This document shows, piece by piece, positions 1-8,566 of a stretch of 64,000 nucleotides of DNA. Positions within the stretch are counted from its first letter, which is position 1; the number at the start of each line of letters is the position of its first letter. The position numbers were made by a program, and so were the translations under genes. The notes beneath the pieces are model-generated. The model made no database searches. It worked only from the letters and a program-made list of their open reading frames with translations, and was not told the origin of the DNA. The stretch is from Dehalococcoidia bacterium (lineage in GTDB: Bacteria > Chloroflexota > Dehalococcoidia > Bin125), in NCBI GenBank assembly GCA_965207365.1, contig OZ242281.1, forward strand, positions 68,003 to 132,002, read 5' to 3'.

Positions 1-2
1 CG

Positions 3-1193
3 AGTGGAGACCCGTTCTGGGCCATCCGTGCATCGGCTTGCCTGTCAGCACAGTACCGTCCTTCAGGTTTGCTGGAAAGAATCGAAACCTTGCAGACCAG
101 CTACTCCGCACGCGCGGCTGGCGAGACGTGGCCACTCCATGAAGCTCTATATGCAATTCAACTTGAGATGGCTAAGAAAGATAGGAACAAGGAACGCGAG
201 GGGCAGATTCGTTCTAGTGCCAGCCGTATGTTCATTGAAGAAGCGAGAAACACCGACTCTGCTCTACGGGCAGGTAGACATCTGCAAGAAGCAGAAGAAT
301 GGGCGAAAGGTACCGTAGGGGAGTCTGGTCTAATGGCGAAGATTCGCGAGATCCGGAACAGTCTGAACTACGACGGAGACTTCCACGAGGTCAGTATTGA
401 GCAATCAGTGCCGACAGAAGAAATGCAAGGTATCACTGACACTGTTCGAACCGCGGCGTCTATACCAGATGCTCTTCGGTTCACAGCACGGTGCGGTCTG
501 AAAATGCTCGGCGCGATTGACTCGATCGAAAGGGAAGCGGAACAGCTCCAAACCGGACGGCGATTGGTCAATCTCATCAGCCGCGTATACATTGTGCATA
601 GCAATATCGAGTGTTGCCGACCTGAGGGCGATGACGCAAAGAGGCTTCGAGCAATTGCCGAGCTATTCCGCATGCAAGCGTTGATCGCTGCAAATCTGGT
701 CATCGTCCCTTGTTTGACGGCCATCAGGGAACGACCTGACTCGGAACAAGCGAATCTGCGCCAGTTCATGGCCGACAGCGCTGCCATCGGAGAATTCGAG
801 GCCGAAAGGTTCGAAAAGGCCTTCGGATTCTATTGGGATCGAGACTACGTTTCCGCGGTGCAGATAGCCATCCCAATGATTGAGTCATCGGTCAGGAACT
901 TGGCGCGAAAGGCAGGGATCGAAATATCGTTTCCACCTCAAGGCGATGAGTGTGGAGGCCTTAGAGGACTGAAACCCATCCTCGACGATCTTCGCAATAC
1001 AATTGGCGAGTCAAACGCACGCATGCTCGCTTATCTGCTTGTGTACAACCATGCTATGAACCTGCGGGACAACTACGCGCACGGTGTTCCTTCGGAGGAT
1101 CCGCGTGCAGACGCCGCATTGGTCTTGTGGATCGTGCTCTGGCTAGCAAATCTTCGGCCCGTCGAGGAAACTGCTATCCAAACCCCAGAATAA
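3..1193 (+). CDS. DUF4209-domain (HEPN-like) protein, 5'-partial
   Basis: Frame is open from the window edge. C-terminal 'AMNLRDNYAHG' matches the Rx4H (NLRN..AHG) motif of DUF4209/HEPN proteins. Confidence 0.7.
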   Translation, partial: SGDPFWAIRASACLSAQYRPSGLLERIETLQTSYSARAAGETWPLHEALYAIQLEMAKKDRNKEREGQIRSSASRMFIEEARNTDSALRAGRHLQEAEEWAKGTVGESGLMAKIREIRNSLNYDGDFHEVSIEQSVPTEEMQGITDTVRTAASIPDALRFTARCGLKMLGAIDSIEREAEQLQTGRRLVNLISRVYIVHSNIECCRPEGDDAKRLRAIAELFRMQALIAANLVIVPCLTAIRERPDSEQANLRQFMADSAAIGEFEAERFEKAFGFYWDRDYVSAVQIAIPMIESSVRNLARKAGIEISFPPQGDECGGLRGLKPILDDLRNTIGESNARMLAYLLVYNHAMNLRDNYAHGVPSEDPRADAALVLWIVLWLANLRPVEETAIQTPE

Positions 1194-1452
1194 TCCCTAC
1201 CGCCAGCGCGATTCCGGCCAGGATGATCCCGACCGCCTGATTCGTGTGTCGCGCCTGACGCGCTTTCATCTCGGCCATTGCTTGCAGCAGCCGAGCCTCC
1301 ATCAGCTCCATACGGTCCACAGTGCCGTAGTTCGACAGCGCGGTTTCCATTTGCTCTTCGAGTTCGTCCACCAAATCCGCCGCCGGAGCCGGCTCCGCAA
1401 TCCTGCCCCGAATCAGAACGTCCAGCAACCGCGCCGTGTTGAACACCGCCAT
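1174..1452 (-). CDS. small coiled-coil protein with C-terminal membrane anchor (CCDC90/DUF1640-like)
   Basis: ATG at 1452 preceded by GGAGGG. Sequence MAVFNTARLL...coiled coil...GIILAGIALAVGIILGFG gives a head-stalk-anchor layout. Confidence 0.65.
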   Translation of the reverse strand: MAVFNTARLLDVLIRGRIAEPAPAADLVDELEEQMETALSNYGTVDRMELMEARLLQAMAEMKARQARHTNQAVGIILAGIALAVGIILGFG

Positions 1453-1964
1453 CTCAGCGCCCCTCCGCTTACGCCCAGCATACCTATCGCAGAGCCCCCA
1501 ACTTTCACACCAGCCGCTCAACATTCCCCAGGTAAAACTCCACGTCTTCTGCCGGTAACCGAGCCTCATAGAAGTTGGTGTGCAGGGCCTCCGCGAGGCT
1601 GAAGTGTTCGCTCAACTCATGGTCCCCGGTTTCCTCGACAAGCTGGCGGAGGACGCGCCGCAACAGGAAGTGCCCATTATGATCGAGCCCCGTCCCTCGG
1701 CGATGGCCTTGACCGCCGTCGCTGCCGCCCCTCCCCCCAACCCTTCTCCGACGCTTGAGTCAAGTCCGTTTCCGCGAGATGCACCCGCGCCTTCCGCAGA
1801 TACTCCGCGCTCAACTCTCAGGAGTGATTCGTCTGAGCTGTCGGCATGCCTCCATCCTAAACTTGCACACCGGTCTCATCCCATCTCCGCCAACTTCACC
1901 ACACGGACAGAACGCATGTCTGCATACCATCGACTCCACCAATCCGCAGCCCAAGGAGCAGTCA

Positions 1965-2428
1965 ATGTCCGACCAGAAGCCATTCATCCCATTCGAAGGC
2001 AACGCCATCCGCCGCGCGCTCGGTGAGCCCGCCGCCACCGGGCCCGGCTACGTCCATCGTGGCCAGATCGTCCTGCACCGAATCCATCTCATGGCAATCT
2101 ACGGTGAGCAGACTGTTATCTGGTTTGTGTTGGCCCGGGAGTCGGTCCAGGATAAGCTGGCACATTACTGGGATTGAAAGGGATGTCATGAATTCCCCTG
2201 TGAATGACATCTTCGACGCGGATGAGACAGCAGCGCGAGGGCGGCGTAAACACGATGGACAATCTGCGCACGCTCTGCTCCGACTGCAACGAGGGCAGCC
2301 GCGATGTGCCGCCTCAAATCCCACTGAGCCTTGCACGCCTCAAGTCCGAAGTGCGTGGAGCCAACGAGTCCGATCAACGAGAGGTCTACCAATGGCTGAA
2401 GAGCAAATTTGATCAACCGAGCCACTGA
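1965..2428 (+). pseudogene. mosaic gene remnants: Bro-N-like N-terminus and HNH endonuclease C-terminal fragment
   Basis: AAGGAG RBS precedes MSDQKPFIPFEGNAIRR, which then loses coherence. 2204-2428 encodes GGVNTMDNLRTLCSDCNEG, the second half of an HNH motif without the first half. Confidence 0.45.
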
Positions 2429-2520
2429 GCAATCCGTCGCCCTGGCAGCTTGCCCAACGGATCATGAAAGGCGGCGCGCCGAAGAAGCCGCGACCTGATA
2501 AGCCTGCGGAATCTCGGCAC

Positions 2521-3396
2521 TCAGATATATAATTCCCTTTGTTTGGGGATCAGGAAGCGGGCGAAGGCGGGCTTCCAGCACTCTTCGAGGATGGTGCCTT
2601 GAACCCGCTCGACGCAGCCGTTGGGTTGCGGCCGGCCGGCGTGGATGAAGCGCTGGCGGGCGCCCAGGTCAGAGACCGTCTGGCCGAACTCGCGCGAGCG
2701 GAACTCGGAGCCGTTGTCGCTCATCACGGTCTCCAGCCGCCAACCGCGTTCGGCCAGGTCGCGGGCCACGCGGCGGGCCAACTGCGAGGTCCACTTGGCT
2801 GCCGGATTGCGCGCGGTGGTGTGCAGTTCGGCCCAGGTGTAGGCCGAGGCGACATCGATCGCGGTGTACTGCCAGACGGCGCCCTTGGTCCCCGAGAGCC
2901 GACCCACGTGGAAACAGTCGAACTGCACCAGCTCACCGGGGCGGGAGGCCTCCAGGCGACGCTCCGGCTGGGCTGCCGCCGGCGCCGGTTCGGGCGGCGC
3001 GGCGTAGCCCGCGACCAGGCCCAAACGCTTGGCCCGGGTGTTCAGCCCGTGACGCTTGAGCACTCGCCAGACACCATTCGCCGAGAGCCGGATGCCGCCC
3101 CACTTCGGCCGCGCCAACTCGGCCGCGATCCGCGCCGGTCCGTAGCCCGGCTGACCCAACGCCAACGCGACTACCCGCTGCTCGACCAACGGACTGGTCG
3201 CGTTGGCCATCTGCGGTCGGCGTCGCTCGCGCGGACGCAGCAGCTCCGGTCCGTAGCGCTCCGCCTGCCGCTTCCAGCGATAGAACGTCGAATGGCGAAT
3301 GCCCATCGCGCGACACGCCGCGCGCACGTTGCCCAGCTCCTCGGCCAAGGCCAACGTGCGCAGACGAAAGCGGTAGATTGTGTCCTCCGGGGTCAT
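2521..3396 (-). CDS. IS481-family transposase, C-terminally truncated
   Basis: N-terminal HTH (GNVRAACRAMGI..STFYRW) and rve/DDE core (FDCFH, SDNGSEF, NGCVER). Ends abruptly at 'LIPKQRELYI' without the usual YN..R.H tail. RBS GGAGGG lies before ATG 3396. Confidence 0.85.
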   Translation of the reverse strand: MTPEDTIYRFRLRTLALAEELGNVRAACRAMGIRHSTFYRWKRQAERYGPELLRPRERRRPQMANATSPLVEQRVVALALGQPGYGPARIAAELARPKWGGIRLSANGVWRVLKRHGLNTRAKRLGLVAGYAAPPEPAPAAAQPERRLEASRPGELVQFDCFHVGRLSGTKGAVWQYTAIDVASAYTWAELHTTARNPAAKWTSQLARRVARDLAERGWRLETVMSDNGSEFRSREFGQTVSDLGARQRFIHAGRPQPNGCVERVQGTILEECWKPAFARFLIPKQRELYI

Positions 3397-3495
3397 GGCA
3401 ACTGTCCCTCCTGTGCTGCTACACACAGCAGGATCGTCGCCTGGCCCCTCACTTCACCAGACCCACACCTGTCGCCACAACTCGGGGATAGGACA
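2538..3495 (-). mobile_element. partial IS481-family insertion sequence
   Basis: Left end TGTCCTATCCCCGAGTTGTGGCGACA (minus strand from 3495) begins with the IS481-type TGT. No matching right end was found. Confidence 0.65.
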
Positions 3496-3499
3496 CGCT

Positions 3500-4186
3500 A
3501 GTGCGGCGAACCCGCTCGTGGAGAAAGCTTGGCCGGTTGTGGAGGCCACGGCTGCAGGCATCAGTTCAGTTGCAAGCCAGACTTGGCCTGAGCTGTCGGG
3601 TGTCGTAGCCGACGAGGCCCGGCATTGGTCGCAAGAATGGCTCGATGCAGTCCAGGAAGAACCACACGAGGTGGTCAAAGAACTGGCCTGGGATCGTGTC
3701 GTCAATGCGCGCGCCTGGGGCAACTCCTGGCAGATCGAAGTCAACCGCGGTCGTGAAGGCGCGCAGGTGCGGCGCGTCGACACCAGCAAGCCGACAAATC
3801 CGCCGACCTACCGGACCGAGACCGAGTACGACACGCTGCACTTCAACACGGCGAAGCTGTTGCAAGAGGTGGAGCTCGATATCGCGCAAGGGGTCGCGGG
3901 AGATCAGTTGGAAGTGGTGCTGGATGAGCAAGAGAAACGGCTGTGGAAGCAGGCCATACTCGGCGCGATTCCGGTCGTCAATCAGATCGTCGCGCTCTAC
4001 GACAGCTTCCAGAACATATACGAATCGCTGGAAGCGCAACTGTTCAGGACGTTGTCGGAACAGCTTCAGAAGTACCCACCATTTGGGCAACTGCAGCGCG
4101 ACCTGCAAGCCGCGGCGCTAGGTGTCTCGCTACGCCAGCAGGAACTGATCGAGCGGCTGGGCATCCACGCCGGCAGTCTCCAATAG
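3500..4186 (+). CDS. hypothetical protein, probably 5'-truncated by the IS
   Basis: Open frame with coding-like composition starts right at the IS end. No recognisable motif. Confidence 0.5.
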   Translation, partial: SAANPLVEKAWPVVEATAAGISSVASQTWPELSGVVADEARHWSQEWLDAVQEEPHEVVKELAWDRVVNARAWGNSWQIEVNRGREGAQVRRVDTSKPTNPPTYRTETEYDTLHFNTAKLLQEVELDIAQGVAGDQLEVVLDEQEKRLWKQAILGAIPVVNQIVALYDSFQNIYESLEAQLFRTLSEQLQKYPPFGQLQRDLQAAALGVSLRQQELIERLGIHAGSLQ

Positions 4187-4213
4187 CGGCTGACCAGATG
4201 CCGATGCGGGCGA

Positions 4214-5899
4214 TTGGGGGTGCGAACGGTCAGCCCTTGCGAAGCACCGGACGTAGGCAGCGGCGTAGTGCGTAGTCCCCAAGTGCCCAAGCATCCCACC
4301 GCGAAGTGCTCCGCGACGATCGCGCTGGGACTCATCGCTCTGCTGCTCACGATGGGCATCGCGATTGCCGCTGCATCGCCACGCCTGCAGGACCTGAGTC
4401 AGTCCGTTCCGATCGCCACGGATCACGAAGGTTCCGAGCCAAGTCCTGCGACGGCGCGGCTCTTCGTCGCGGCGCACTGGGCGGCGATCACAGATCAACG
4501 GCGCGATGTGCTGGACGTCAGCCGTTCGGACGTGGTGCGCATTCTTCGCGGTATGACCCGGGATTGGTCGGTGCTGGGAGGAGCGGCTCAACCGATTACC
4601 GTCTACTTGCCCCGCTCGCAAGTACGCATGATTGCCGAGTCGTTCGGGCTTGCGACCGCCGAGTTGTCGGTCCAGCTGCTGCCTGATGATGAACTCGTAG
4701 ATAAGATCGCTGCCACTCCTGGGTCATTCGCGCTGGTCGACACGCAACAGCTTCGCCTCGGCGTGTTAGCGCTGACCGTCGATGGTCATGACCCATATCG
4801 CGATCCGGCCTTCGAGTCGCCGTTGCGCCAGCTGCGCTGGGTTGAGGCGCCGAGGACGCTCGCCGATCTGAACAGGTTTACCGCCACCCTGCAGAGGCTG
4901 CCGCACCAGTTCGATCCGGTCGGTGTCGCGATCACCGGAGAGCTGATCCCGGTGCGCTGCACGAACTACGTCCTTGCTCAGTTGGACGATTACGATGCGA
5001 TGTTCGACGGCGTGCGGAGTGAACTCATAGCCGCCGATCTCGCGGTCGCGGCGCTGGAACACCCGTTGATTTCGGACGGCGAGTTGACGCCCTGTGAAGC
5101 CACCGTCGTGTTCACCGGCAGCCACCGCGCAGTACCGGCCATGGCGAACGCGGGCCTGGACGTGATGTTCACGATCGGCAATCACATGCAGGATTGCTGG
5201 GGCGGCTGCAGCGGCGCGGCAGCGCTTGAGGAGACGTTGGGTCGGCTGAGCGAGGCGGGCATCATGACGGTCGGCGCAGGCGAAGACCTTGATGCCGCTC
5301 GAGCGCCGACGGTAGTGCGTGTCGATACGCCTGGCGGCCCGGTCCGCTTCGCCTTCCTGGGCTACGACATGATCGCGCCCTGGTACCACGCCACGCAGGA
5401 CAGCCTCGGCACCGCGCCGCTCAATGTCGAGTATCTGCGGGAGGACATCGCGGATGCCCTGCTGCTCGCCGATCATGTGATCGTGGGCGCGAACTGGGGC
5501 GTCGAGTACAGCTCGAATCCGGTCTTCTATCAACGACAACTCGCCGGGGCCGCCATCGAAGCCGGGGCCAGCCTACTGATCGGCCATCACCCGCATTGGG
5601 TGCAGGCGGTCGAGCATCTCGGCGACTCGCTCGTGGCCTATTCGATGGGCAACTTCGTCTTCGACCAGGCCTGGTCCGTGCCGACGACACAAGGCATGGT
5701 CATGGAGCTTGGCTTTACCGCCGAGCGCCTACTCGGTTACCGGATTCGTCCGGTGGTGATCCGCGCGCACTCGAACCGGCTGCCCTGGATCTATCGCCCC
5801 GAGTTTGTCGATCCAGCGACAGCGGGACGGCCGATTCTGGATCGAGTCTGGAGGGCTCAAGATCGCCTACCCGCGAGATCGGTTGAGGCAGCTGACTGA
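4214..5899 (+). CDS. CapA/PGA_cap family metallophosphatase-fold protein with N-terminal signal/TM segment (start uncertain)
   Basis: Motifs GNHMQD, NWGVEY, IGHHPHWVQ and YSMGNFVFDQ. Hydrophobic N-terminus IALGLIALLLTMGIAIAAA. Confidence 0.85.
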   Translation: MGVRTVSPCEAPDVGSGVVRSPQVPKHPTAKCSATIALGLIALLLTMGIAIAAASPRLQDLSQSVPIATDHEGSEPSPATARLFVAAHWAAITDQRRDVLDVSRSDVVRILRGMTRDWSVLGGAAQPITVYLPRSQVRMIAESFGLATAELSVQLLPDDELVDKIAATPGSFALVDTQQLRLGVLALTVDGHDPYRDPAFESPLRQLRWVEAPRTLADLNRFTATLQRLPHQFDPVGVAITGELIPVRCTNYVLAQLDDYDAMFDGVRSELIAADLAVAALEHPLISDGELTPCEATVVFTGSHRAVPAMANAGLDVMFTIGNHMQDCWGGCSGAAALEETLGRLSEAGIMTVGAGEDLDAARAPTVVRVDTPGGPVRFAFLGYDMIAPWYHATQDSLGTAPLNVEYLREDIADALLLADHVIVGANWGVEYSSNPVFYQRQLAGAAIEAGASLLIGHHPHWVQAVEHLGDSLVAYSMGNFVFDQAWSVPTTQGMVMELGFTAERLLGYRIRPVVIRAHSNRLPWIYRPEFVDPATAGRPILDRVWRAQDRLPARSVEAAD

Positions 5900-6169
5900 C
5901 CATCAGGCCCGGCCGGACAGGCGTGCAACGAGGAACGCCTTCGGAGTTTGCATGCTCAGGCAAAGATGTCCGCTGCCGCAACTCGCGGAATGGACATGCT
6001 GTCCATTGAGGAGAACGCTGACATCGTGGTGGGCTCTCAAACTGCCGCAACCGGCAAGCTCACGAGGATCTCTGTGGCTCTGGGTTCTGGCCCCGCACTC
6101 TACATCCGGGGAGGTCACTCAAAGAGCCAGAGAGAACGTCAACTCGAAGGTTCTTGATTTTGTCCATTT

Positions 6170-6245
6170 TGGTGGGCCGGGCTGGATTCGAACCAGCGAC
6201 CGAGCGGTTATGAGCCGCCTGCTCTGACCCCTGAGCTACCGGCCC
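6170..6245 (-). tRNA. tRNA with CAT anticodon, most likely tRNA-Ile2 (lysidine type); CCA encoded
   Basis: GGGCCGGTAGCTCAGGGGTCAGAGCAGGCGGCTCATAACCGCTCGGTCGCTGGTTCGAATCCAGCCCGGCCCACCA folds as a 76-nt cloverleaf. A paired G1:C72 rules out the initiator. C4:G69 and C5:G68 favour Ile2 over elongator Met. Confidence 0.93.
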
Positions 6246-6303
6246 CTGGGGATTTCTTCTGGTACTGGGCCAGTCTATCGAGCGGTTGATCTACGATCCC
6301 CGT

Positions 6304-6876
6304 ATGCCCTCTTTGACCTGGCGGATAAGTTTTGTCGGCCTGATTGGGTTGGCCGTACTGCTGGTGCTGGCTTGCGGGCCTTCGGGTGACCCAGCGACTC
6401 GAGGTGGGGTGATTCCTCCTGCGGTGGAACGTCCGGCTGAGCTGGCAGGCCGGCTTGACTTGCCGGCGCTGGTGAGTGAGGTCGTGTTTCCCTGGTCGGA
6501 AGTGGTGGTCCGGCGCGATTCGGACGATCTTGCGGTCGGTGTGCTGGTGGCGAACACCCCCGACCGACGCAGCCGCGGGATGATGTACTGGAGCGGTCTG
6601 CCAGCGGATAGTGGGATGATCTTCATCTGGGAAGAGACACGCGCTCGCAGCGGTGGGTTCTGGAACCAGAATGTGCCGATCGACCTTGATGTGGCCTGGC
6701 TGGACCGGGATGGCGAGATTCTGGAGTTTTCGATTCTGCTTGCCGAGGATGAGACGACGAAGCGTCCGCGGCAGGACTATTTCTTTGTACTGGAGATGCC
6801 ACGAGGTCGGTTTGCAGAGATGGGAATCGAGCTCGGGGATCAAGTGTTAATTCCCGCCACATTGTTGCCGGAATAG
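6304..6876 (+). CDS. DUF192 family lipoprotein
   Basis: Lipobox-like LVLAC, plus RGMMY, GMIF, FWNQNVPIDLDVAW and VLEMPRG motifs. TACGAT lies 6 nt before ATG. Confidence 0.88.
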   Translation: MPSLTWRISFVGLIGLAVLLVLACGPSGDPATRGGVIPPAVERPAELAGRLDLPALVSEVVFPWSEVVVRRDSDDLAVGVLVANTPDRRSRGMMYWSGLPADSGMIFIWEETRARSGGFWNQNVPIDLDVAWLDRDGEILEFSILLAEDETTKRPRQDYFFVLEMPRGRFAEMGIELGDQVLIPATLLPE

Positions 6877-6983
6877 GCAAACTGCACTGCGACTTGCCCG
6901 TCTATGTGGCAGGTTAATCGTGATATTGTGCCGAGAAGCACAGGCCGCCTGATGGTGCGGTCGCAAGCAAAAGGGGACGCACA

Positions 6984-7082
6984 ATGAAGCGAATTATTGG
7001 TGTCGGAGCGATCCTTGCTGTGTTGGCGGCAGTCGCACGAGTCGTGATGGGTCGTCGCCGCGACGAAGAGGACGAGGCGTAA
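6984..7082 (+). CDS. 32-aa single-TM small protein (absent from the ORF track)
   Basis: AGGGGA RBS precedes MKRIIGVGAILAVLAAVARVVMGRRRDEEDEA*. Stop lies 8 nt before glpK. Confidence 0.6.
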   Translation: MKRIIGVGAILAVLAAVARVVMGRRRDEEDEA

Positions 7083-7090
7083 CTCCTCGG

Positions 7091-8554
7091 TTGTTCCTCT
7101 CGCTCGATCAAGGGACATCGTCCAGCCGCGCCCTCGTCTGTGACGAGGGTGGACGTGTGGTTGCAAGCGCGCAACGAGGCGTCGAGTCCAGTTTTCCTCT
7201 GCCTGGCTGGGTTGAGCAATCGCCGAGCGAGATTTGGGACACGCAACTGGAGGCGGCCAGACAGGCCGCAGCGCGGGTCGGCGTTGAGCGAATCCGCGCC
7301 ATTGCGATTGCCAATCAGCGTGAGACTGCGCTGATCTGGAAGCGCGCCACGCTCGAACCCATCGGGCCAGCGATTGTCTGGCAATGTCGTCGCACGGCAA
7401 GTGCGGCTGCGCAGCTTGACGACCTTCACGGTGCACAGATTCGCTCGCGATCCGGTTTGCAACCCGACGCGTATTTTTCTGGGCCCAAGTTCTCGTGGTT
7501 GCTTGACCGCGCTGATCCGGCGCTACGTGCCAGGGATCGGGCGGAGGCGGGCGAGTTGGCCTGCGGTACCGTCGATACGTGGCTGATCGCGAAGCTGACC
7601 GGCGGCGGCGTTCACGCGACGGACGTGACCAATGCCTCTCGGACGATGTTGTGGAATCTGAGTGACCGTGATTGGGACAAGCAGCTCTGCTCCTGGCAGG
7701 GCGTGCCAATGTCGATGCTGCCTGAGGCTCGTCCGAGTGGCAGCGAGTATGGGTTGACTGAGACGTCGCTGCTGGGCAAGGCTTTGCCGATTCTGGCGGT
7801 CGCTGGTGATCAACAGGCGGCGCTCTATGGACATGGGATCACGAGTCCGGGCGCAGCGAAGTGCACGTATGGGACCGGAGCGTTCCTGCTCTCTCATGCC
7901 GGCCCTGAGGCCAAGCCCGAATCGACTCCTGATGGCTTGCTGTTGACTGCGGCTGCGGATGGCGGGCTGGCGCTTGAAGGCGGCGTGTTCACGGCGGGAT
8001 CGGTGGTGCAGTGGTTACGGGACGAACTGGAGTTGGCTCCTTCGGCGTCGGAGATTTCAGCCCTAGCGACATCAACTGACACCTCCGGAGGGGTGATGCT
8101 GATTCCGGCCCTGGCCGGATTGGGTTCTCCGCATTGGGATCCCGACGCACGCGGTGCGATCCTGGGGTTGACTCGGGCGGCGACTAAGGCGCAGATCGCA
8201 CGCGCGGCGCTGGAGGCAGTGGCGTTTCGGGTGCGCGAGATCCTTGAAGCAATGGAGGTTGGGGCCGGCCCGATTGCGGAGCTGCGGGTTGATGGTGGGA
8301 TGACGTCGAGCGACGAGATGTTGCAGATCCAGGCCAATGCGCTGCAACGGCCTATTGTCCGGCCGGCCATGCAAGAGACGACGGCTCTCGGCGTTGCTCG
8401 GCTGGCGATGGAGGTCAGCGGATTAGATGCGGTGATTGAGATGGACGAAGATCGGTTTGAGCCGAACGCCGATCTTGAGAGTGCGTTTCTACGCTGGAGC
8501 GCCGCACGTCGGGCGATACAGACACTGTCGCCCGACGGAGACTTGACTGAATAG
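7091..8554 (+). CDS. glpK: glycerol kinase
   Basis: DQGTSSSR, NQRET, IVWQCRRT, TDVTNASRT, GDQQAAL, KCTYGTG and ETTALG motifs. Adjacent to glpD. Confidence 0.93.
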   Translation: MFLSLDQGTSSSRALVCDEGGRVVASAQRGVESSFPLPGWVEQSPSEIWDTQLEAARQAAARVGVERIRAIAIANQRETALIWKRATLEPIGPAIVWQCRRTASAAAQLDDLHGAQIRSRSGLQPDAYFSGPKFSWLLDRADPALRARDRAEAGELACGTVDTWLIAKLTGGGVHATDVTNASRTMLWNLSDRDWDKQLCSWQGVPMSMLPEARPSGSEYGLTETSLLGKALPILAVAGDQQAALYGHGITSPGAAKCTYGTGAFLLSHAGPEAKPESTPDGLLLTAAADGGLALEGGVFTAGSVVQWLRDELELAPSASEISALATSTDTSGGVMLIPALAGLGSPHWDPDARGAILGLTRAATKAQIARAALEAVAFRVREILEAMEVGAGPIAELRVDGGMTSSDEMLQIQANALQRPIVRPAMQETTALGVARLAMEVSGLDAVIEMDEDRFEPNADLESAFLRWSAARRAIQTLSPDGDLTE

Positions 8555-8566
8555 ACTCAGATCCAA

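Noticed and set aside
5805-6227. 140-aa ORF running into the tRNA
   Set aside because: It overlaps capA and the antisense tRNA and has no coding signature. Only its last codons are of interest, as an att-like junction.
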